A stretch of 64,000 nucleotides of DNA from Giardia intestinalis (lineage: Eukaryota), in NCBI GenBank assembly GCA_000002435.2, contig CM018793.1; one strand, written 5' to 3'. The first letter of the stretch is position 1, and every line of letters starts with the position of its first letter. The notes beneath the pieces were generated by a model. It did not search any database. It was not told the DNA's origin and saw only the letters and a program-made list of their open reading frames with translations. This document shows, piece after piece, positions 32,282-42,600 of this stretch. The translations under genes were made by a program, and so were the position numbers.

Positions 32282-33721
32282 TTACTCTTCTGCAGAGTAC
32301 TTGGACATCCATCCTTCGTGGAAAACCTTCCATCTGGCGAGCAGATCGGTCATTACCTCTTCAGAAGGAAGAATAGTCATACGGAGATGGTAGGTTCCGG
32401 GCTTTTGGCCAAACATGCCACCGTCAAGCGTGAAGACTCCTACGCTATCTAGCAGATCCTGGCAGTACAATTGGTCTGGCTCTTTGCCCGCCAACCTCGC
32501 TGCTTCAATAGCGGCTGGCGGTGCATGGATTCTGGGGAAAACGTACATTGCCCCAGAAGGCTTACAGCAACTCAGCCCCCTCCAACTGTTCATCTCATGG
32601 GATACCATTCTCGCCTTGCGTTGAAGGCTAGTATAGAGAGCGTCGCATTCTCGCTTGAATTTCCAATAAGACGGCTCTCCGGGTCTCGGAGGGTTAACGA
32701 TGACATCCATAGCCATCATTCCATCCGTATTAGTTGACCCCAGTGAAATTATGTCCATTATCTGCTCCATAAATTTTGGATTCAAGTTCTCCGCTTGCCA
32801 ATAGCCGCCGCGCCGTCCACACTCACCAAAGATGGACTTTGAGGCCGAGTGGATGGAGATCAGCTCAAGGCCTTGACACTCACCCTCGGCGTTAAGCGCG
32901 TAGAGAAGCTTTCTGGCGGAGAGGAAAGGAAATTCCTCTGGCTCATAGATATTCGTTTGGTACACCTCGTCAGACATGACCATCATGTCGTTCTTGTATG
33001 CGAAACGGAGAGCGTTCTTTATATCGCTCTCTGTCAGCGTCGAGCCCGTTGGATTGTTCGGATTTATGAGGACAAGACAGCGGGGAGTCAGTCCTTCATC
33101 CTTGCATTGTTGGAGTGCAGCATCCAGAGCCTCCTGTGTAAGAGCCCACTCATTGGATTCGTCCAGGTCATAGCTGACCTCCTTTCCCCCATAGTAAACG
33201 ATCGTGGAGGCGTAAAGGGGGAATCCGGGGCGTGGGCAGAGGATGGCGTCGGTTTCGTTGCGAATTATTGGGCGGAGAAGAGTCATAATTGCCTCAGTGG
33301 CTCCGTTAGCCATGCAGACAGTGGCTGGATTGCACGGAATCTCGTCGCGATCAGAAATATACGCGGCCACGTCATCAACAACGGCAGGAATCCCCGCTGT
33401 CGCCTGGTACGACCCAGAGCTTTTCCCGGAGCACGAATTGAGAATGTGTTTGACACGTAACTCGACGTCTGTGGGCAATACATACTTCCCTATAAGATCT
33501 GGGCAGGCAAATCCGGCTACCATTTGACGAAGGTATGTGACAGGCTTCTGCCCAACACCCTGCGGGTTGCCCAGATTACACTTAATGATGGAGCTAAAGG
33601 GCGCCTGTTTCTGGGCGATTTTCTGCTCGACGCTTGAGAGATCTAGGTTCACCATGGAGAACTTGACATCGAAGAGGCCTTTGTAGCAGGTTTCAGGAGT
33701 CAAAACGGGCTGGTAAGGCAT
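32282..33721 (-). CDS. Alanine aminotransferase (PLP-dependent class I aminotransferase)
   Basis: Motifs LINPNNPTGS and SASKSIFGECGRRGGY (PLP-lysine region, compare SKGYMGECGxRGGY of ALT); length 479 aa; homology runs across the whole protein. Confidence 0.85.
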   Translation of the reverse strand: MPYQPVLTPETCYKGLFDVKFSMVNLDLSSVEQKIAQKQAPFSSIIKCNLGNPQGVGQKPVTYLRQMVAGFACPDLIGKYVLPTDVELRVKHILNSCSGKSSGSYQATAGIPAVVDDVAAYISDRDEIPCNPATVCMANGATEAIMTLLRPIIRNETDAILCPRPGFPLYASTIVYYGGKEVSYDLDESNEWALTQEALDAALQQCKDEGLTPRCLVLINPNNPTGSTLTESDIKNALRFAYKNDMMVMSDEVYQTNIYEPEEFPFLSARKLLYALNAEGECQGLELISIHSASKSIFGECGRRGGYWQAENLNPKFMEQIMDIISLGSTNTDGMMAMDVIVNPPRPGEPSYWKFKRECDALYTSLQRKARMVSHEMNSWRGLSCCKPSGAMYVFPRIHAPPAAIEAARLAGKEPDQLYCQDLLDSVGVFTLDGGMFGQKPGTYHLRMTILPSEEVMTDLLARWKVFHEGWMSKYSAEE

Positions 33722-33887
33722 TTCTCGAGATGACGATTCTTGATCAATTTGATTTTATTCTTTCATTTTATAACGGAAGAATAAGTCTGACCATGCTATT
33801 GCCGTGATGCCACATCGTCAACTTTTGCGAAAATCTCCAGGAGACGCTCTGTAAGCCCTTGGAGGCGAAAAATTCTTTAATTACAAA

Positions 33888-34469
33888 ATGCCTCTAGAGA
33901 TATCTGGTCGCTTTGCCCCTGTTCGGCCTCCTCCCTATTATACATTGGTGAATGAGGACACTCCTCCCCCAGCTCTCCCGGATGACCCTGGGATCATACG
34001 CCTGATTCCAGAGGATCTCAGATCCGTTGAGCTCCTTCGGGCAAATGATTCTACTTTGATATCGCTCCGTACTGATCCGGAACTGCTCAGAGACGAATTT
34101 CTGGATGTTGTGGATGCCTATCTTGCGGAAATGGTCTTAGCGTTTGATAGCTTATATATGCTGGGGGACATTAGCAACAAACGAAACACTCAGATTTCAC
34201 AGCTCAAAGCGCGCCTCTTGGCTCGCAGGGACGACCTTTGTGCAATGATAGACAAGCTCAGGATACTCCAGGCGATAACGAACACCGAACAGGCACTGAC
34301 CGGCATAATTGAGCAGAAGAGACAGACCATCCATTTACTGCGGGAGCAGAGGCGAAGGATACTAGAGGAAATGCCGGAAAGGTCCTTTGAAGATAAGGAG
34401 CTCCCATCACGATTTTGCCCAAATGAAGGGCAGTTCATTTCGAGTAAGCATCCTTCACCATCCCCCTGA
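33888..34469 (+). CDS. Hypothetical coiled-coil protein, 193 aa
   Basis: ORF with AT-rich sequence upstream (aattacaaaATG); no recognisable domain. Confidence 0.45.
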   Translation: MPLEISGRFAPVRPPPYYTLVNEDTPPPALPDDPGIIRLIPEDLRSVELLRANDSTLISLRTDPELLRDEFLDVVDAYLAEMVLAFDSLYMLGDISNKRNTQISQLKARLLARRDDLCAMIDKLRILQAITNTEQALTGIIEQKRQTIHLLREQRRRILEEMPERSFEDKELPSRFCPNEGQFISSKHPSPSP

Positions 34470-34866
34470 CTTCTGCTGCCGTTATCTTCGAAAATGGAGA
34501 GCAAAAGACCAGTACTGCAAACCCTTCAAACCGAACCATCACGAGACCGAGATGACTTCCCTCACTCACGAGTTGCAGCATATCCGTTTGAACACTTACG
34601 CTAAAGAGCCGAACGCTGGTCCAATCCTTGCTAAAATTTCTGCGAGTGTCTTCTGGAAGGTGTGATAGCGGGAGCAATATGCTGAGCTGGGTAGTCTCGG
34701 GGTCGTTTGAAGAATATGCATTGTGATATTGCAAGGCCACGTCATAGATACCTAGTAAGCTGGACCTGCTAAAGTATCCTCTGTTGTACTCGTCTATTAT
34801 GTTCTTTGCTGACGTAACCACTGCAGCATAGAAGACGCTGGGGGTCTTAGTAAACATGCGGTCCAT
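34435..34866 (-). CDS. Hypothetical protein, 143 aa (possibly a frameshifted C-terminal continuation of the upstream HhH gene)
   Basis: The ORF overlaps the stop of the 34847-35494 ORF by 20 nt in a different frame; no motif recognised. Confidence 0.3.
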   Translation of the reverse strand: MDRMFTKTPSVFYAAVVTSAKNIIDEYNRGYFSRSSLLGIYDVALQYHNAYSSNDPETTQLSILLPLSHLPEDTRRNFSKDWTSVRLFSVSVQTDMLQLVSEGSHLGLVMVRFEGFAVLVFCSPFSKITAAEVRGMVKDAYSK

Positions 34867-35494
34867 TTTTTGTTGTTACAGAGGATGGGGGCTCGTCGAC
34901 GGCAAAAAGAGTCCGCAGCCTAGAAATTTGTGCGGCTGGGAGAAGACTTGAGAGCTGTGCTGTGTTTTCACTGTGAAGTGCGTCAATAAATCTTCGCAGA
35001 GTAGAGTATTCTCGATGAAGTAACTCTGCTCTCTTTCTCCCTATTCCAGGAATTGCACGAAAAGCCAGCAGCTGCACCGGATACTGAACCTTTTGCCTCA
35101 ACGGTCTTGACGAGCGTATCATCTGATAAAGCTGAGTGCAAAACCTGTGTAGTAATTGTGGCAATTCCTGAATTGTTGTATATACTAGCACCACTTTGGC
35201 TGCTTCTATCTGGACCTGTGTCAAGGGGTCAGTATCCCTAGTGAGTAGAACAATAAATGCATCTCTCTGCTCTATGGGGTCACCTCTTCCTGCCACAAAG
35301 GCGTCTATTGGTGCTCCCTGTAGTGCACACCGCGGGATAATAGAAATGCAGCCCTCAGTTAAATTGCCGTAATCATGGTCAAGAAAGTATTGCTTTACTA
35401 ATTCTAGAGGTATATCGGACAGAAAGGAGGAGTGCATAGAAATTCGTGCGTCAATAAGCATCGATAGACCGGCGCACTTTTTTGTACACAGCAA
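34847..35494 (-). CDS. Helix-hairpin-helix protein, possibly an ERCC1/EME1/XPF-family (ERCC4-like) non-catalytic subunit
   Basis: C-terminal HhH motif AIPGIGRKRAELLHREYSTLRRFIDA (compare the LPGIGxKxAxxLL family). The rest was not confidently assigned. Confidence 0.5.
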   Translation of the reverse strand: MLCTKKCAGLSMLIDARISMHSSFLSDIPLELVKQYFLDHDYGNLTEGCISIIPRCALQGAPIDAFVAGRGDPIEQRDAFIVLLTRDTDPLTQVQIEAAKVVLVYTTIQELPQLLHRFCTQLYQMIRSSRPLRQKVQYPVQLLAFRAIPGIGRKRAELLHREYSTLRRFIDALHSENTAQLSSLLPAAQISRLRTLFAVDEPPSSVTTKNGPHVY

Positions 35495-35522
35495 TCAATC
35501 CATGAGTCAGCTCCTCTTCCAA

Positions 35523-38264
35523 TTAAACACACACCTTGAACTCAACGGCCTGCTTTATAGAGTGAGGTATTATATACTTGACACGGACCCACAGATTGAT
35601 GCCGTTTGCTTTTCCCCTCGGGCTCATAGGATTGAGTGCCTCCAAGTGTGACTCGCCCCTGTTGTGTGGACGAATAGGAATGGGTGTCGTGAGCTCAGCA
35701 GTGTCGCTCTCACTAAGCTGTGAGGTAGAGTGGGACTTGCTTCCTTCTTTCTCCGTGCCAGAAACGATTTCTAGCAACTGAGTAATGGGTGGCTTCAATG
35801 GTCCGGTAACATCTCCACTGGGGTCTTCCATGCAAACCTTACACGTCTTTGGTACGGAGTACTGGATGCGTGCTGTCAATAGATTGGACACTGCATACAA
35901 CGAGAGCTGCAACTTCACAGGCCCTGTGTCCGGACTGTGTACATCATCATTAGTACTGAGCCTAGAGGACCTAGACTCTACTGCTTCATCTGAACCCTTA
36001 ACAATCTTCATTATGTATACTTTTAGATCATCATTAACAAAGACGGGTGAAATAGAAGCTGAATCTTCCCTTTGGGAGCTCCGCTGCGCTGCTTGTCCTG
36101 CATGATCAAGTGTCACTATGCGCTCAAGGGTCGGTTCTGCTCCTAGCGCGCTCAGTGTGATGTCTGTATTGGGGTTTTGTTCAACAGAAGACTTGGATGG
36201 TTGGACACTGTGTGGTATGTGCATGAACAGAGAAGGATTGGTGTAGCGTTTTGTGCTCTTGATGTTGGGTGGAGTGAGGGTTAAGTTTGGCACTGAAGCC
36301 AATGTATAGCGGAGAGATGGGTGTAGGAGGATGTGCTTTAATTGTAAGATTGTCATTAGAATGAGTGGAGAGACTGTTCGCTTAATAGAATCATAGTACT
36401 CCATCACTTGCTTCCTCGCTGACTCACTTAGTTCTGCCAAGAATGCCAGTGATCGCGCAGCTGTCAGCTTGAGGGTAGTTGCTTCATCAGTGTCTGGCAT
36501 ACAGAAGATGTACTGACATAGCTTGAAACTAAAGTCAAAGTCGATGTCAGACAGGATGCTATTTTGGCTAGCAGTATTTGTACCAACATTTTCTAATTGT
36601 AGAATGTACGAGATTGATAATAAATAAGTATCCACTAGAGCAGTAATTTTCCCGTTATGAACACTCTCGAGCATCGCTTCCTTGTGTGCTGCAAATGCAT
36701 CGATGAAGTGTTTCTTGTCTGCTACTGTGGCATCTGATCGCGAGATTGTAGCAATAATAGCCTGTGCCAGAGCATTGTTACACCCCTCTGTAATGAGAAG
36801 AATTAGTCTAAGCAGGTAGTCAAATCCATCGCACGGAGAAAGAACGGAAAGAAGGACAATGTCTCTTATAGAGTTAGCAAAATCAATCCTATTGATCTTG
36901 ATAACCGGGTCCTTCTCAATGTACTTAAAAAGATCAGCAATATAACCTCTAATATCCTTCTTGTGGACAAGCAGCAGAAGTAAGTCCAGCGCCCGCTTAC
37001 GTACGGCCGGATTCTGTCGCTTGAGCAGTTGGGAGAACTTTTTAAACTTCGTATCTGAGTCTAGCCCAGCCGTTTGCTTTTTGTGTAGGACAAAGTTTTT
37101 CAATGACTCTAGAGCTGTACAGGATATGAGATCTGAGTAGTCAGTCACCGCTTCCAATAACAGTCGCATGAAGCTCATGACTAGGTTTGGCAATGCCTCC
37201 TCCTCGGGTATTGTTTCGGATAAGTGAGCCGTTTTCTCGAAGAAAAATGAATCTGGGATTTCAGAGAAAAGCGTAAAGACTTGGGCGCAGATGCTCAGGC
37301 CGATGTTGCGGCTTACTGTGGTTGATGAGCACTTCTCTAGTATGCTACTGAACACGGATAAAAAGTATCTCCTTAAGGACGGTAGCGTGTCAAGGAAGAT
37401 TGTACAATTGTAGCTGAATGCAGCTCTAATGGCGCGCCCCAGGAAGCGCAGGATTGCCTGCTGGAGAAGAGGATCACAAAACCCACCAACATTGTGGTCT
37501 GGAAAAGTCGTCACCGCACAGAGCTTGTTGAGAACCTTCAGAAGATGGTAGATTTTGTGCGCTAGCTTATGAATTAGTTCCTCATTTGCGCTCAGAATAA
37601 TTATGCCCAACTCACAACCGGCCAATACCACGGAGTGGGCCTTGTCAGAGAGGGATGCAGAACAGACATCTACGAATCGTGGTGAGAGATCTGGACAGGC
37701 CTGTAGGATGGCGCAGGCGGCCATGATTGCTTTCTTACGTAGGTAAATACTAGACCCGCCGGAAATGAGCTCATAGACACGAGTGCTAAAGACGGGCGCT
37801 GCCTCCTTGGAGCATATGGTGCATATAGTAGTCAGAGCAAGCGACACCTTGTAGTGCGTGCTCACGTTGTCCTCCACAAGATCTTTGGCCAGGGCGTTGG
37901 TTGTCAGGCTGAAGAGCTGGGTGGCTTCTGCATAGCTGAGTGTCAATGCCAGATAAGCTATGCGCTTTTCCGCATGCATCTTGGCGACGCTACATAGTGT
38001 GCACATGTGTACATATCCCCAGGAAACGTTAAAACCCCATAAGTACGCACACGTCATCTTGGCGACCAACTGAGCGAGTTCATCTGTCCTTGGCTTCTTT
38101 AGCTCCGCCCTGACATTTGCTAGCTCTACCTCTATAACTTCGCGCATCTGGGTAGACGTTCGCGACGTGCGAACTCTGCGAATGAAGTTGCTAAGCTCCA
38201 TAATAAAGATATCAAATGTTTTTGTGGACAGTTGCGCTACTAGCAGTTCTGTCAGTGTCTCCAA
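35523..38264 (-). CDS. Adaptor-protein complex large subunit (gamma/alpha-adaptin-like)
   Basis: The N-terminal adaptin trunk pattern is present. It includes IRRVRTSRTSTQMREVIEVELANVRAELKK, KRIAYLALTL (compare RIGYLG), YLRKKAIMAA (compare YLRKKAAL) and VGGFCDPLLQQAILRFLGRA (compare SGISDPFLQVRILRLL). Length is 913 aa with a helical solenoid throughout. Confidence 0.8.
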   Translation of the reverse strand: METLTELLVAQLSTKTFDIFIMELSNFIRRVRTSRTSTQMREVIEVELANVRAELKKPRTDELAQLVAKMTCAYLWGFNVSWGYVHMCTLCSVAKMHAEKRIAYLALTLSYAEATQLFSLTTNALAKDLVEDNVSTHYKVSLALTTICTICSKEAAPVFSTRVYELISGGSSIYLRKKAIMAACAILQACPDLSPRFVDVCSASLSDKAHSVVLAGCELGIIILSANEELIHKLAHKIYHLLKVLNKLCAVTTFPDHNVGGFCDPLLQQAILRFLGRAIRAAFSYNCTIFLDTLPSLRRYFLSVFSSILEKCSSTTVSRNIGLSICAQVFTLFSEIPDSFFFEKTAHLSETIPEEEALPNLVMSFMRLLLEAVTDYSDLISCTALESLKNFVLHKKQTAGLDSDTKFKKFSQLLKRQNPAVRKRALDLLLLLVHKKDIRGYIADLFKYIEKDPVIKINRIDFANSIRDIVLLSVLSPCDGFDYLLRLILLITEGCNNALAQAIIATISRSDATVADKKHFIDAFAAHKEAMLESVHNGKITALVDTYLLSISYILQLENVGTNTASQNSILSDIDFDFSFKLCQYIFCMPDTDEATTLKLTAARSLAFLAELSESARKQVMEYYDSIKRTVSPLILMTILQLKHILLHPSLRYTLASVPNLTLTPPNIKSTKRYTNPSLFMHIPHSVQPSKSSVEQNPNTDITLSALGAEPTLERIVTLDHAGQAAQRSSQREDSASISPVFVNDDLKVYIMKIVKGSDEAVESRSSRLSTNDDVHSPDTGPVKLQLSLYAVSNLLTARIQYSVPKTCKVCMEDPSGDVTGPLKPPITQLLEIVSGTEKEGSKSHSTSQLSESDTAELTTPIPIRPHNRGESHLEALNPMSPRGKANGINLWVRVKYIIPHSIKQAVEFKVCV

Positions 38265-39520
38265 CAGGCCTTCTCAGACCAGGAAAGAAGGTACCCAGTT
38301 CAATTCTTGATAAATCAATACTTTCTCCTCCGTCTTACCAATTGCCTCTGCCCATGCATAAGGTTGAGACCGCAGAGATGACTGTTTCTGTAGACCACGG
38401 TGGTGTGCATACCTTTCTCCCTTCAGACTCTTTTCCTCCAATGATCCATAGCGCACTGGTCATTGTTGTGTATGGAAGTGAGGTGTTTCAGAATATTATT
38501 TTCACGCACCTGGCCCATCTGAAAAGCTGTCCATCGCACTATGCAAGTAGAATTCCAATAATCACAGTAGTTCCGGACAAGCTTGAAGATATCACAAGTT
38601 TACAGCTGGAACAGGCCCTCGCTCATCGTACTCGCATTATCGTAGTCTCCGTTTATGAGCCAGACTCGCCCTATATCTCATTCCACGATTCGACCAGCTC
38701 TCAGATCCTTCTGAACCCCCTACTATTCCCTGAACTTTCAAGCCATCCAAACAGTGAGCTCTACAACTACGTTCATTCGCACATTGCACATGGGACGTAC
38801 TTCACCCAGAGGCCGCTAGCTCCTCCACCAAAAGTTGTCATGTCTAAACGGCATGCAATCATAGAGCACATAAGCATCATGTTGTCTACGCCCAACCAGT
38901 CTGTACCTAAATTCATACACTATCTAAGCTCGCTTGTGGCGCTCCAGGACCACCAGTCAGAGCATGGCCATAGACACTACGTGGCGCTGTGTCCTCGAAC
39001 ACGCATAGAACATCAAAAGCGAATTGCACTGTTCTTTCCGTTTAACCTCTGGGTATTGGCTGGGGCTGGCATAGCATATAGCCACTACCAAAGCCGCTAC
39101 TGGAATCAAAGGCTCTATCTTAGCACTTTATTTCTTCTTGCTAGTGCGCCATTGGGTCCTGTGCTATTTTCTAGAGCATTAGCCATATATGCATCCATTA
39201 ATCTAAAGACACACAAGTTCCCTAGATGTGTAGCCCACAACCACCTATATCTAATCAGCCTTGGAGCCATTGTCCTATCCATTCAAGTAGATATAGCGAC
39301 TAGGTTAAGTGTTTGTCTTCCCCTAGTCATTTTGCTTAATATGATATGCGAGACTATACAATTTCTTCTCCAGCAAAAGCATGGAGAAAGAAATCATCAT
39401 GGCAGAGCCGGTAAAATATCATTTATGCATTCATTGCCTTGCTCTGCTGGAATTTTACAGTTGGTTAAAGACCACATATCTCCGAGTTTCCTCTGCAAGA
39501 AGCTGTGCACCGGGCCATAA
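38216..39520 (+). CDS. Hypothetical membrane protein (signal-peptide-like N-terminus; several C-terminal TM segments)
   Basis: ORF beginning MFLWTVALLAVLSVSPTG with hydrophobic segments near the C-terminus. The first 48 nt overlap the adaptin start codon region on the opposite strand, so the true start may be the downstream Met at about 38354. Confidence 0.5.
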   Translation: MFLWTVALLAVLSVSPTGLLRPGKKVPSSILDKSILSPPSYQLPLPMHKVETAEMTVSVDHGGVHTFLPSDSFPPMIHSALVIVVYGSEVFQNIIFTHLAHLKSCPSHYASRIPIITVVPDKLEDITSLQLEQALAHRTRIIVVSVYEPDSPYISFHDSTSSQILLNPLLFPELSSHPNSELYNYVHSHIAHGTYFTQRPLAPPPKVVMSKRHAIIEHISIMLSTPNQSVPKFIHYLSSLVALQDHQSEHGHRHYVALCPRTRIEHQKRIALFFPFNLWVLAGAGIAYSHYQSRYWNQRLYLSTLFLLASAPLGPVLFSRALAIYASINLKTHKFPRCVAHNHLYLISLGAIVLSIQVDIATRLSVCLPLVILLNMICETIQFLLQQKHGERNHHGRAGKISFMHSLPCSAGILQLVKDHISPSFLCKKLCTGP

Positions 39521-39619
39521 AGCAGCCGTGACCGAGCAGAGAGGAGAGGTAATACTCTGGCGACAATTGGTGACTCATAAAAATTAACCACATTCATAAA
39601 AACACGCGTAACAATTTCC

Positions 39620-42600
39620 ATGTCCGCTTTGGAGCGCGGCCTGCATTCTCGGCACTTGAGGGACGGGGCCTCCAGGAACCGCGATAATAGCATTTTTTAT
39701 GATACAATGAGTTGCGTTGAACGACCTCAACGCATTCGGAACCACCCTCATAAAAAGCAATCAAAACAGAGCCACGGCGCGCGGGCTCAGACGTCCTATT
39801 CATTTTATCAGGATGATCGTCGGCCAAACAGATATGCCCATCAACGGACATCTTATACTATCCATTCCGATTCAGATGACTCTTATATATATTCTGAGCT
39901 GGATGACCGGACTGACAACGAAAACTACGACGCACCGCACCCAGATCGTACGATGCATTATAACAAGGACTTTAAGGCCTTCTGCACAGAGATAGCACAG
40001 TACGTCGTTGAGGCCTGTACACGATCTGCCATCCAAAGCAGTAGCATGTATGTTGACACGGCATCGTCGATTCTATCTGCTAGCCCGGACGATGGGATGG
40101 ATGATCGAGCCCCTGCTTCATCAAAGGGTCATGCCAGCTCTCGTCGCGCTCTTCTCCACGGTGAGTTTGCGCGAAATAGTAGGCTGACCAAAAGTCAAGA
40201 TAAGCTCCAGTCTATCAATGAGATTTTTTCTGGTTCTCATCGGGGAGCTCATTACAGTAAAGGCAAGGACAATACTCATCACAATGGCCGTTACACTTAT
40301 CAACAGAATCCTCTTGCTGCGCCTACAGCTAAGCGGGGCATGGCTCAGTTGGAGTCTTCTCCACTAAGAACACAACACGGTGCTGCCAGGAGCCCTAATG
40401 CAAAGGCCTTAGGAGACGACAGCATCAACAGTCCACGGGCACTCCAAACTAGAATTTCTAAGAGATCTAGGCCCGATAAACAAGGATCAGAAGCAGCTAT
40501 TCGTCGGCTTGTTGTTGAGCCTTTTCCGGCAGAGCCGCCAGACAGTCAGCGTGCCATGCCTCATCACGCCTCACAAAAAGTCAGAAGAACCCAGCCCACG
40601 AGTGCGCATCTAGAGTCTCAGACAGTAGTATTCAGTGCAGAAGACAATCATCTGCATTCAGTCGATAGCTCTGCGAGTGACAACAACGATTCATTTGTAT
40701 CCGATTCAAATACAGATTCATCAACATATTCTAATAGGGAGGATGGGATAAATTATGTTCCCATGAAGAAACTGTCATCAAATATGAAAGAAGACAATAA
40801 TGTCACATCAGTTGCGGTTGCTGCAGCCAACGCCTTCTCATGCATATCTGAAGGGCGAGAAAGGAAGGCATCTAAGAAGCAATCTTTAGTAGACGCCCGA
40901 GCGATTTCTTCTCATCTGCCATCAGATGACGATATAAAGGCTGCAGCCTCTCAAAAGAACGGTATTAAAGAAGCCTTTGTTCATGATAGTCTGGTCCCCT
41001 GTGCCTCTGCTGATCAACAACTTGCTGCAATTGGGGGGAGTTCGTTGTATACCGAGCTCAAATCAGTTAATTTTAACAAACAGGCTATATCAGTGAGGCT
41101 TGTGGAAATCACCAATGATTTTCGGCGTTACAAGAGTGAGATTGCAAAGCAGTTTGCTGAATTGCAAGAGATTGTGGCCTCGATGTCTACTCAGATCAAA
41201 ATGTTAGAGTGCACGATAAACGGTCTTCAGATAGGCGTACATGCCCAGCCATCGTTTGCGCGTGGTAGCGGAATCTTTTGGCATGATTCACTGATCCACA
41301 AAGATCACTCCGCCGCCGCTGGACGCTCATCCGGAACGGGGGCCAACAGCGTTATGCAGTATCCAAAGATAATCAGTACCCCTCTAATAGATCCTGCCAG
41401 AAGCTCTTGCAGCTCTACTCAGATGGTCTCTCGGTCCCCAGAGCCTATAGACGTTATGAGGTCAGAACACAAGCCGCCCATGGTGCCCTCATTTCATGCA
41501 GGGGCTACAGACGTGATGGGAAGATGCGACTTACGGAACTATGTGCTATCCACGGACGGGCAATCAGAATCAGTGCACGACTCTGTTAGCTCTCAGACAG
41601 AACCAAATTCCCTTTCTATTGTCCAGATGGGTGATGAGAAGATATCAGCTCTAACAGCCAGCCAGATTAGTAAAGAAAAGAAACGGAAACACCATACGTC
41701 GTCAAAATGCGAGCCTAGGGACAGCATTGGTGTAACTATATCGCCTCTATCTGCCGCAGCAGAGGTCTTAGACAGAAAAAGTGGGCTAAGTGATATGGCT
41801 GCTCCATCGGCACGGAAGCACACACGCTCGTCCATACAGGACTTCATAAAAGAGGCTTCTTCTACACGTGAGAAAAGCCCAAGCAGAAATCCTTCTCTTT
41901 GCCAGAACAGCACGGCATCCTATGTAGAAGATATGGACATACACAATGAGGATCCTGCTGTAATTGGTCCTGAGGCCCCAGTCTCAGGAATTTCCACGGA
42001 CGATCCTGAACGGACCGGGGACACTAAGTCCACCTCACGCCGATCTCATAGAACAGGAGGTATAGAATTTAGCGATAGGGGAGATACTCAAGATCAGACA
42101 GGCTACGCGTCAACCTATGAGGCAAGTGACATACATAAATCAGGTAAGTCTAAACCCCGTGAGCGAAGGCAGCGGAAGTCCAAGAGTCACTCTAATTCTA
42201 CTAAAGATTACCAAGGGAATGAGGAAGCATCTTACTCACAGTCTATATTGTCTGAGCAACTTGTCTCTATGAATATTTTAGGAGCCAATATGGTGCAACC
42301 AGAGCTTGAGGTCCCACTGAACCAGAGCGATACTCCAATTCACCCGTACCTACTGAGCCATCCAGATAGTGCCGAGCACGCTGCTACTCTGGATCCTTCC
42401 AACTATGGTCTTATCGAAAAGTTGTTTGTATCTGATCTGTCTCGCAGTCCCAGTATCTTCAATGATGACACTGAATTTATGATTGTTGAAACAATTGAAA
42501 TAGTGCAGTCAATCTATATTCTTCCTGGGCTCAGAAATAATAAGCTTACTACCTGGTCTACCGCGTGCAGAACGCTAGGGAACCTGATGATCAACACTGA

